A DNA stretch of 64,000 nt from the sequence record MN871449.1; one strand, 5' to 3'. How positions within the stretch are numbered: position 1 is the stretch's first letter; each line of letters begins with the position of its first letter. The notes beneath the pieces are model-generated. The model was not told the origin of the DNA. It saw only the letters and a program-made list of their open reading frames with translations, and made no database searches. Shown here piece after piece: positions 46,752 through 54,247 of the stretch. The translations under genes and the position numbers were made by a program.

Positions 46752-47321
46752 TTACGGCGTTTGGAACGGGTTGATCAGAAATGCAAACTGGTATTTCTCA
46801 AATCCTTCTGCTTTCAGTTTCCATCCAATGTAAACCTTAAACCGGCGTTTCTTCACGTGGTCGTCACGCATGAAGTAGACCATCCAGTAATGGGACTTAT
46901 AGGTGCCTTTAACATCAAACCCTTTACCCTCTAAAACAGGTTGACGGAATTTGTCTTTTGGTGCACCTAACACGCTAATAGAAAAACCGTACAATGGATT
47001 GCGGTATAACCAAAAGACACGGGCGACGTAAATTTGCGTCCATTCAGGGAGTACCTTTACCCAGAGGGAGTGTTTCTCTTTCCAACCGGAATCCCCGTCT
47101 AAACTATTGTCCGGTGTGTCGAACCATTTCAGCCATTTCGGTAGTTTACCGTCCTTCGTCGCAAAGGCCGGTAGAAACGGTGTGACAATGACGCAAATGA
47201 TCAACGCTGCGAAGTAGATCAATAAAAAACTCAGCCAATGCAAGAAGCCCAATAACGGAACAGGATGTCCCCAAAGCGTAATTTTCTTCATCGTATTCAA
47301 TCCCCAAGGTAGATGTTTCAT
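46752..47321 (-). CDS. conserved phage membrane-associated protein
   Basis: N-terminal TM; LPKWLKWFDTPDNSLDGD and WLYRNP.YGF motifs. Confidence 0.7.
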   Translation of the reverse strand: MKHLPWGLNTMKKITLWGHPVPLLGFLHWLSFLLIYFAALIICVIVTPFLPAFATKDGKLPKWLKWFDTPDNSLDGDSGWKEKHSLWVKVLPEWTQIYVARVFWLYRNPLYGFSISVLGAPKDKFRQPVLEGKGFDVKGTYKSHYWMVYFMRDDHVKKRRFKVYIGWKLKAEGFEKYQFAFLINPFQTP

Positions 47322-47345
47322 AAAAACTTCAACAAATCGAAATGC

Positions 47346-47368
47346 AGTTTTTTTGATGTATATATTGC
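47346..47368 (+). promoter_or_regulatory. putative early promoter (copy 7)
   Basis: AGTTTTTTTGATGTATATATTGC. Confidence 0.6.
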
Positions 47369-47432
47369 TAAGGTGAAATAGGAAAGGAAAAAGTCTTTTC
47401 CAAATAACTAAACCAATAAGAGGTAAAGTAAA

Positions 47433-47591
47433 ATGAAAGAAAGTATACTTTTATTAATTGTCACTCTCATTGCATTGCTTTGTTTCGGCGTATCGTTACC
47501 GTTGGCCATCCTTTACGGGTTCGTCTCTGTGCTCGTCTGGTATATTGTTTCGCCGTTCGCTCTGTTAGTCTCCGTTACCTATTTATCCTAA
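47433..47591 (+). CDS. 52-aa hydrophobic membrane microprotein (not in ORF track)
   Basis: GAGG RBS; MKESILLLIVTLIALLCFGVSLPLAILYGFVSVLVWYIVSPFALLVSVTYLS. Confidence 0.7.
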   Translation: MKESILLLIVTLIALLCFGVSLPLAILYGFVSVLVWYIVSPFALLVSVTYLS

Positions 47592-47606
47592 GAGGGAGAA
47601 ATCATC

Positions 47607-47777
47607 ATGTCTTACTTCATCACGTTAATTCTCACTCTGCTGATCTGCACCTTCTTTGAACTGACTATCATCCCAGCAGTTCTGGTAGCGTTCGCCGCGG
47701 GAGTTATTGGAGCGCTTTCAGAAGAGCAGTTTAACAAAGCCAATTTCAACGCAACCCATTCACCGGAGGCGTTGTAA
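47607..47777 (+). CDS. 56-aa membrane microprotein (not in ORF track)
   Basis: GAGGGAG RBS; MSYFITLILTLLICTFFELTIIPAVLVAFAAGVIGALSEEQF... Confidence 0.75.
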   Translation: MSYFITLILTLLICTFFELTIIPAVLVAFAAGVIGALSEEQFNKANFNATHSPEAL

Positions 47778-47896
47778 TGAAAACGTCTTTCGTGGTACTG
47801 GGGATTATTTCCTCGGTACTTATTCTTGACCTGGCTTTACTTCCGGCCTGCGTTTTCGCCGTCGCCGTAGGGAGTTACTTAAAAGCGGTCAAATAG
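47777..47896 (+). CDS. 39-aa membrane microprotein (not in ORF track)
   Basis: GGAGG RBS, TAATG coupling; MKTSFVVLGIISSVLILDLALLPACVFAVAVGSYLKAVK. Confidence 0.7.
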   Translation: MKTSFVVLGIISSVLILDLALLPACVFAVAVGSYLKAVK

Positions 47897-47976
47897 TAGT
47901 AAGCGCTGCCTCTCAACAGCGTGAGTAGTGCACTCTCACCCGTAGTTAAATTATTCAATTCAAAAGGTAAATTATC

Positions 47977-48264
47977 ATGGAAAAAATCAAAGCGTTCTTC
48001 TCTTTCTCTTTCACTGAGAAAACCAAAGCAATCTTTGCTTTCATCACCGACACCCTGATCGTTGCCGCGCTGGCAATCTTCGCCGCGTTCTGCATGGCTA
48101 CTGCCATGGAAGTGGCAGCCTACGCTTTTGCGGTCTTGGTTATCTTCAGCTATATTCACGATAGCTACAACAACCTCAAAACCGTCATTTCTCCTGCCAC
48201 TGACGGCGAGACTGCGACTGACGCAGGCGAGACCGACGTCTCTGACGCAGCGGTAACCGCTTAA
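47977..48264 (+). CDS. membrane protein (2 TM, acidic tail)
   Basis: AAGGT RBS; hydrophobic core. Confidence 0.75.
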   Translation: MEKIKAFFSFSFTEKTKAIFAFITDTLIVAALAIFAAFCMATAMEVAAYAFAVLVIFSYIHDSYNNLKTVISPATDGETATDAGETDVSDAAVTA

Positions 48265-48344
48265 GTCGTCACTTCACCCTTGGCACACGAGATAAGAAGG
48301 AAACGCCTTACGATAAGCTAAATTAAATTCTCACACTCTCAAAC

Positions 48345-48548
48345 CGTTATAAGACGATATTTCTCGTTACCCACCCGACACCTGTAATCGAGGCTGTGGC
48401 GTTGTACCTACTGACTCTTCCGAAATCGAGGAAAGATCAGAGTTCAGGGACAATAGCAGTAAACCCTCTTACTGGTTCGGTAGTTGCAGAACAAATGACA
48501 GGCTTCGCCGTCTGGTTCTGGACATCGCCGTATGCGACTCTTATAACG
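48345..48548 (+). ncRNA. candidate structured RNA element
   Basis: 10-bp closing stem CGTTATAAGA/TCTTATAACG enclosing several hairpins in a 330-nt gap. Confidence 0.35.
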
Positions 48549-48598
48549 CAAACAACTCTCTCACGTCTAAGTCTACTCTTAAAGTAAAAGGAAAAATT

Positions 48599-48883
48599 AT
48601 GTTAACTTCCATCATCATTATTGCATTAACCTTCGCTATAAGTTTTGTTCTTTGGACGGCCATTGGAATGAACAAATTGGCCATCAAGAATGCAAAAACC
48701 GAAGAAGAAAAAGGTAAGAGTAATAAAGGTACTAAAGTACTTTATGCTGTCATTTCAGCCATTTTCATCCTCTCTATTATTGGGGCAGTTATTTTCAACA
48801 TCGAACTGTTGACTTTAACTATCCTTACCGGAATCATCGGTTTGATGTTTTACGGTAGTTTGAATTCATCAAAAAATAATTAA
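48599..48883 (+). CDS. membrane protein (3 TM)
   Basis: AAGGA RBS; hydrophobic segments. Confidence 0.75.
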   Translation: MLTSIIIIALTFAISFVLWTAIGMNKLAIKNAKTEEEKGKSNKGTKVLYAVISAIFILSIIGAVIFNIELLTLTILTGIIGLMFYGSLNSSKNN

Positions 48884-48901
48884 TTTATAAAGGAAATAAA
48901 A

Positions 48902-49501
48902 ATGACTTCTAAAAAAGAAAATGGTTCGAAAAATAATAAAAATAAAAGCGAAGAGCGTAAAATGTGGGAATCTGGCATTGCTCAACTTAGTAAAGTTTTA
49001 AACGTGGTCGGTCAAGTAAGAGAAGTCATTGATTTTTTTGATAAAATAAATCAAGACTGCTCCAACGAAGAATGGGCGGAATTCATCACTTACAAGTTAC
49101 GAGTATGGTCTAAATGTCTGTTAAAACATCGGAGCAAGATGACCAGTTCGGACATTAAATTCTTTCGTACAATACTCACTAAATCGTTCGTCACTCGCAT
49201 TTTGAAAAAATACGGTTTTATTTTATCAATAACTACTGGTACAAGTATAATTGGTCTTTTGACTTGTATTACTAACAGACACCCTGTGGGAATAATTATC
49301 TCCGCGAGCATTCTACTAGTTAATCTCAGTATTATTGTTTCTAACTTTAGTCTCTTGGCCTTCCGCGAACTCCTTATGGCTAAACGTAACGAACGTAATA
49401 ATTTAAGGAGAGAAGGAAAATATTGCACTAAAGACCGTACTGAAAAATTTAATACGTATAAAGAAACAGGACTCGACGAGATGGGACATGTCCTCTCGTG
49501 A
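48902..49501 (+). CDS. AT-rich membrane protein (2 TM)
   Basis: AAGGA RBS; hydrophobic aa ~105-155. Confidence 0.7.
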   Translation: MTSKKENGSKNNKNKSEERKMWESGIAQLSKVLNVVGQVREVIDFFDKINQDCSNEEWAEFITYKLRVWSKCLLKHRSKMTSSDIKFFRTILTKSFVTRILKKYGFILSITTGTSIIGLLTCITNRHPVGIIISASILLVNLSIIVSNFSLLAFRELLMAKRNERNNLRREGKYCTKDRTEKFNTYKETGLDEMGHVLS

Positions 49502-49530
49502 GGCTATCTTCTTAACCAAAAGGTGTATCT

Positions 49531-49836
49531 ATGTTTACGGCGCTACTTTTCATTGTTATTTTCATTGTCTCTTTTGTAATTGGTTACCTCTTTACTTCGC
49601 GTACTCAAAATACAGCCGCTGACGTCGTTACCGAAGAGGTAACGACCGAAGTAGTTTGTGCTACCGAAGAAATTGTTAACGAAGAACCTGCTGTTAACGA
49701 TGTTCTTTTCTACGGTGAACCAACGGAAAGACAAAAAGAAAAACACAAACGTCATCGTAACCGCCATCGCGTGTCCGGCAAGAACCGTCGCACGTGGCAC
49801 GATAAATTTGATGATGCTGACTACCAACCACTTTAA
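49531..49836 (+). CDS. bitopic membrane protein, acidic then basic tail
   Basis: N-terminal TM; KHKRHRNRHR. Confidence 0.7.
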   Translation: MFTALLFIVIFIVSFVIGYLFTSRTQNTAADVVTEEVTTEVVCATEEIVNEEPAVNDVLFYGEPTERQKEKHKRHRNRHRVSGKNRRTWHDKFDDADYQPL

Positions 49837-49856
49837 GAGAAACCGAGGACTACTCC

Positions 49857-50165
49857 ATGGAATTCTATCTGTTCATTTCTGTTGTTACTTTTGCTGTCCT
49901 GGCGATGATCACCTTCTTAACCTACATCGCTAACAAAAAGTTAACTGCAAAGTGCGCAACACCAGAAGTCCTTTACGATAATTCCTGGAAAGGTCGCTCG
50001 ATAAGAAAACTCCGTGATTGGACTTGTTTCTTAAGTAAAATCGGCTACCTGATCAGTCATGTCGCTTTCTGGATCATGCGCGCTGTCTTCGAAGGTCTCG
50101 TTTATCAGAAAACAAGAGAAGCGGTAGCAAGGGAATCGTTTCATTCCCGTAATTACTGGTACTAG
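49857..50165 (+). CDS. bitopic membrane protein
   Basis: GAGGA RBS; N-terminal TM. Confidence 0.7.
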   Translation: MEFYLFISVVTFAVLAMITFLTYIANKKLTAKCATPEVLYDNSWKGRSIRKLRDWTCFLSKIGYLISHVAFWIMRAVFEGLVYQKTREAVARESFHSRNYWY

Positions 50166-50229
50166 CCCACTGACGCAGTTTCCTTGTCGTTCAACTATCT
50201 ATTTACGTTAACTTAATAAGGTCTATCCC

Positions 50230-50700
50230 ATGAAAAAATTCATTGCTGCTTCACTCATCGCCCTGTCCTCTATCGCGTCCTTCAATGCCATGGCCACCGT
50301 CAATAATTGGACCGAATCTTATCAGCAGGGTACTCTGGAATTCTACACCGAAAACAGCGACGGTTTCTCACTCGCATTCTCTTGCCGCGATACTGGCGAC
50401 CAATGGCCGGTTCAAGCGCTGTTTCTGAACGGTACTAACGGCAACTCGCTTTCCAGCGATGATGATCGCTACGCGCTGGTTATCGAAATGGCCGGTCAGA
50501 AGTACCAGATGATCTCTCCTGCTTCTACCGTTGGGGCAAGTAACTGGCGCTTGTTCTTCGAAGGCGTTAAGAAAACCAAAGCAAAAACCGTTAAGGTTTA
50601 CGTACAAGATCATCCGGAGACCTTCGTTGTTTTCTCAACCAACGGGCTCAAGAAAATCGTCGCCGAAAATAAAGGCGGTAACTGCTTCTTTCTCGGCTAA
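50230..50700 (+). CDS. exported protein (signal peptide)
   Basis: MKKFIAASLIALSSIASFNAMA|T; two Cys. Confidence 0.75.
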   Translation: MKKFIAASLIALSSIASFNAMATVNNWTESYQQGTLEFYTENSDGFSLAFSCRDTGDQWPVQALFLNGTNGNSLSSDDDRYALVIEMAGQKYQMISPASTVGASNWRLFFEGVKKTKAKTVKVYVQDHPETFVVFSTNGLKKIVAENKGGNCFFLG

Positions 50701-50813
50701 ACAAGTGGGTGGAGAGGGTAAACCCTCTCCGCTCCTAGATCTTTTTCTTTTTTAAGTTTATTCTGTCTTTCTTTGAGGCAAGCCGCCTAGAATAAAGAAA
50801 GGATAGCGTTACC

Positions 50814-50981
50814 ATGTCACAGACCACCCCTGAAAAGAAAGACGAAAGTCTGGATTTTGATTCATTCACTCTGAGCGAAGAAGAGGCGGAATCAGCGTTA
50901 GCAAAAGCCGAAGCGTTTATCGAAGAACAACCTGAAATCGAAGCCAGCGATGACTGCGAAGGCGGGGCATGTAAAATTTAA
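50814..50981 (+). CDS. 55-aa acidic peptide ending DDCEGGACKI, mimic of the NrdA C-terminal redox tail (not in ORF track)
   Basis: AAAGGA RBS; own terminator 50985-51013; E. coli NrdA ends DDGCESGACKI. Confidence 0.75.
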   Translation: MSQTTPEKKDESLDFDSFTLSEEEAESALAKAEAFIEEQPEIEASDDCEGGACKI

Positions 50982-50984
50982 TTC

Positions 50985-51013
50985 TAAGGGCGTTTTCGCC
51001 CTTATTTGTTTTG
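50985..51013 (+). terminator. intrinsic terminator
   Basis: TAAGGGCG-TTTT-CGCCCTTA + TTTGTTTT. Confidence 0.75.
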
Positions 51014-51433
51014 TTTCATGAAAGGGTATTCAACGTGTTTAAACCGGCTAATGTTAGTAAACTAGTTAATATTTATCTCCCCTTACCGAACTACCTGCGC
51101 GCTGCCGATATCGAACGGTTATCAAGGGCGTTTAAAACCAGACAAGTTCTTGAGGGTGAACTTAATCCTCAATTAACTAAACTCGCTTGGGAAAATACTA
51201 ACGAATTCTTCGCACGTTTTAGAAAGATCGTGACGCCTTCTCACTTCATCGGTAATTTCAGACTGACCGATAAAGGGATCAAAGCCGATATCGCCATTAC
51301 GGATAAAACTTTGATCGAATACGAAGGAGTGATAACCCTTAAACGCCGCACCTTCAATGACTATTGGAAGTTGGGTGACAGTTACAAAGACGCCCCAGGA
51401 TTCTTTGGGGTAGACATTTTCACACGGAGCTAA
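51011..51433 (+). CDS. hypothetical protein
   Basis: 140-aa ORF; start uncertain. Confidence 0.55.
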   Translation: MFHERVFNVFKPANVSKLVNIYLPLPNYLRAADIERLSRAFKTRQVLEGELNPQLTKLAWENTNEFFARFRKIVTPSHFIGNFRLTDKGIKADIAITDKTLIEYEGVITLKRRTFNDYWKLGDSYKDAPGFFGVDIFTRS

Positions 51434-51435
51434 TC

Positions 51436-51669
51436 ATGGAAACTGAATGGGACCACATTCTTCTCACGTTACAACTGGCGTACAGCGAGCACAAAACTCA
51501 AACGGCTATCAAAACAGCCGCCCGGTTAATGGCGACTAAAGTCAAAGAAATTGACTGTTATAACTGGCTGATGAAAGTGACACTCTCGCCGGCGCCATTG
51601 AAAGTTTTAGTCCGCGAACTCAAGGAGCGTCGCCCTGATGACTTACGATATTATCCGGGGGTCGCGTAG
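51436..51669 (+). CDS. hypothetical protein, paralog of 52480..52731
   Basis: L.TL.LA..EH motif. Confidence 0.65.
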   Translation: METEWDHILLTLQLAYSEHKTQTAIKTAARLMATKVKEIDCYNWLMKVTLSPAPLKVLVRELKERRPDDLRYYPGVA

Positions 51670-52039
51670 CCGATTTTTCGTTGAGTATCCGCCATTCATC
51701 CGGATACTCGCGAGTTATCACGGGATGGAAGTTTTTGAAACGCTAGGTCCTATTTTTAAGGCGCTACAAACGCTCTCCAGAAGTGATCTTCACCTTTCTG
51801 ATGTAGATACCGAATTGTTCGTAGAAACGCTCTACGATATTTTAAATTGCGATTATGAAGGATATTTACTGGATATTCAAACTGAGACCAGTTGGTTAAC
51901 TATCATTGAGGGAATTGAGTACTACAATCTCACGCCCTCAATTTTGAGATGGTACGAAACGCTTTCCAGCTATTCTCGTTTTATCGATCACGGGTCTTTC
52001 CGACCGTTAAACAATTTTGGTTTTATCGTAACAGAATGA
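51638..52039 (+). CDS. hypothetical protein
   Basis: Overlapping ORF. Confidence 0.55.
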   Translation: MTYDIIRGSRSRFFVEYPPFIRILASYHGMEVFETLGPIFKALQTLSRSDLHLSDVDTELFVETLYDILNCDYEGYLLDIQTETSWLTIIEGIEYYNLTPSILRWYETLSSYSRFIDHGSFRPLNNFGFIVTE

Positions 52040-52206
52040 AAAAATTCACCGACGACGATTTCTTTGCCGCTATGAGCGAAATCGGGATTCACTTAGACAA
52101 CGAACAAAAGAACCGCGTTTTAGAAGGAGAAGAAAATGAAAAAGATTACTTTGATGGCCATCGCTCTACTGTTCACTGCTACGACCGCCCAAGCTGCGCC
52201 GAATAG
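52036..52206 (+). CDS. small acidic protein
   Basis: ATGA coupling; MKKFTDDDFFAAMSEIG... Confidence 0.45.
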   Translation: MKKFTDDDFFAAMSEIGIHLDNEQKNRVLEGEENEKDYFDGHRSTVHCYDRPSCAE

Positions 52207-52483
52207 CGCTTGTATCGATCGCGTCAACACTGAGGTTAAAAACGCGGTGACGTTGTTCCCTGGCGTTAACCCTAAAACCGTTCATGTCACCTTTATGCGT
52301 GCTAAGCCTTCTTCGCTTTCTGCCATGGAAGGCGAGGCGCAGACGCCAGGGTATAAAGTTTACAGTACGGTCTCTTTCACGCAGAAAAAGGAAACTGTTC
52401 GTTGGTTGAATGAAAGCGGTGTTGTTTTTGACGGAGATGACACTTGTTCTGTACTTTACACTAATCTGGATGTCGCGGGATGA
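52136..52483 (+). CDS. exported protein (signal peptide)
   Basis: AAGGAG RBS; MKKITLMAIALLFTATTAQA|A; two Cys. Confidence 0.75.
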   Translation: MKKITLMAIALLFTATTAQAAPNSACIDRVNTEVKNAVTLFPGVNPKTVHVTFMRAKPSSLSAMEGEAQTPGYKVYSTVSFTQKKETVRWLNESGVVFDGDDTCSVLYTNLDVAG

Positions 52484-52731
52484 GTGATAGACGTTTAATT
52501 GATCACGAGATGATCGATCTGCTCGTTACATTAGCCATAGCCTTTCGCGAACACAACGGAAAAGCAAAAATCATGAAACGGGTCGCGGAACGGATTTTTA
52601 AACGTCTTCGTTTTGACGAGACGAAAAATATCTGCGAACAATTCATTGTTTATCCTGAAAAGGCCGAGTTTAAATTGAACGTCTTAACCCAAACGTTCTA
52701 CGGTCGTCAGATTTTAAAAATCCTGGCCTAA
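52480..52731 (+). CDS. hypothetical protein, paralog of 51436..51669
   Basis: LLVTLAIAFREH. Confidence 0.65.
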   Translation: MSDRRLIDHEMIDLLVTLAIAFREHNGKAKIMKRVAERIFKRLRFDETKNICEQFIVYPEKAEFKLNVLTQTFYGRQILKILA

Positions 52732-52738
52732 CTATCAC

Positions 52739-52769
52739 AGAGGGGAATTTTCCCCTCTTTTATTTTTTT
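52739..52769 (+). terminator. intrinsic terminator
   Basis: AGAGGGGA-ATTT-TCCCCTCT + T-tract. Confidence 0.75.
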
Positions 52770-52778
52770 GGAGAATTT

Positions 52779-53741
52779 ATGAATAATGAAATAATCGTTT
52801 ATTACCACGACCTTTGCATGGACGGTTTCGCGGCGGCGGCAATCATGTATCAATATACAAGGCTGCAGACTTTCATCCCGGTAAACTACCGTGCTATGCC
52901 GGACTTAGAAAATGAGGAGCCGGTACATATTGTTTTTGTCGATTTCACTCCACCGTTTGAATGGGTTGAGAAGAACGCGGCACGTATACGGTCTATCGTG
53001 ATCCTCGATCATCATGCAGACAAAAAAGAAGAATGTGATAAGATCCAAAAATTCTTCGGGGCGACGGTTGTTTATTTCGACACAGAACTTTCAGGGGCGG
53101 GTTTAGCATGGAAATATGTTAATTCTACCCCTATGCCAGAAGTGATTCGTTTAATCAATAACCGCGACCTCTGGATTGCAGAAGAGAGCGAACGGAATTA
53201 CCACGAACTCTTTGTTCAGTATTTGAAGAAGGGGGATAAGGATGAAATTTTCCCACCTTTCATTGAGTTGTTTAAATACAGCAAAGAACAAGTTGAAGAA
53301 ATTCTCCGCCCGCAGGCCGAACTGTTAGTAAAAGGTCGGGATAAAAATATTGCGTTTCACCTGAATAAAGCAGTCATTATTGAAGAGGCGGCAGAAAGTC
53401 CTTTCTCAGTGGCGTATATTTCTGCTCCGTATTATTACGCTTCTGAAGCGGCCAGTACAATCATGGCCCAAGACGACAAAGTTAATCTGGTCGTGAACGT
53501 AACGTTAAACCGGAACGGTCTCGGTTTGTCGTTCCGGTCACGCAAAGGGACAGGTTTGGCACAACAAGCCGCGGTGCGATTTAACGGTGGAGGGCACGCT
53601 GAGGCTGCTGGCGGGGTCTTTGACCATCCTGTCCCTTTTACCGTGCTTCATGAGATGATTTTCCGCACTGATCCCCATGAGGCGTATCTTAACTTTTTAC
53701 TCGATCAATACAGTGAACTGGGTACCAATAACAAAGGGTAA
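52779..53741 (+). CDS. DHH/DHHA1 family phosphoesterase
   Basis: YHDLCMDGFAAA, VFVDF, ILDHH, SGAGL, RDLW, SFRS, GGGHAEAAG. Confidence 0.88.
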   Translation: MNNEIIVYYHDLCMDGFAAAAIMYQYTRLQTFIPVNYRAMPDLENEEPVHIVFVDFTPPFEWVEKNAARIRSIVILDHHADKKEECDKIQKFFGATVVYFDTELSGAGLAWKYVNSTPMPEVIRLINNRDLWIAEESERNYHELFVQYLKKGDKDEIFPPFIELFKYSKEQVEEILRPQAELLVKGRDKNIAFHLNKAVIIEEAAESPFSVAYISAPYYYASEAASTIMAQDDKVNLVVNVTLNRNGLGLSFRSRKGTGLAQQAAVRFNGGGHAEAAGGVFDHPVPFTVLHEMIFRTDPHEAYLNFLLDQYSELGTNNKG

Positions 53742-53746
53742 AACTG

Positions 53747-54247
53747 ATGGAAACTCTTTTACAACGGATACAGTCGGATAAACTGTTTATCTCGACGACC
53801 AAGGGTGTTTACTACGTTGACCTTAACCGAATCAAAAACGTTGATAAAGCGCAGAGTTTAGGTACGCTCTATCCGAAAACTTTTGTCTCGGTTATCAACC
53901 AGGATAACAACATCACTAACATCCAGACACTTGACCTTGTAGAGGCGGAAACCGTCTTTAAATATATCATCTCGCAGTGGTCGGACTATCTTCTTCACGA
54001 AGGGGTCTTTGAGAACTCCTCAGAACACCCTAGAACGCGTTTTATTCAAGACCTTGAGATAATGGTATATTGGGGACCTCATACGCTCCACATCGATCTG
54101 AGGAAGTTTAACGCCATTTCTTTATTCTGGCAAACTCTGGTCATTTCCGGGAGCGGCGGAACTTTTAAGTTGACCAGTCAAAACCAAAGCTTCCTTGAGA
54201 ATCTCAAAGAGTCGCTGGAACTCTATATTCAACGTAAAGGTAAATGA
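53747..54247 (+). CDS. hypothetical protein (two PH-like beta repeats possible)
   Basis: Tight packing. Confidence 0.65.
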   Translation: METLLQRIQSDKLFISTTKGVYYVDLNRIKNVDKAQSLGTLYPKTFVSVINQDNNITNIQTLDLVEAETVFKYIISQWSDYLLHEGVFENSSEHPRTRFIQDLEIMVYWGPHTLHIDLRKFNAISLFWQTLVISGSGGTFKLTSQNQSFLENLKESLELYIQRKGK

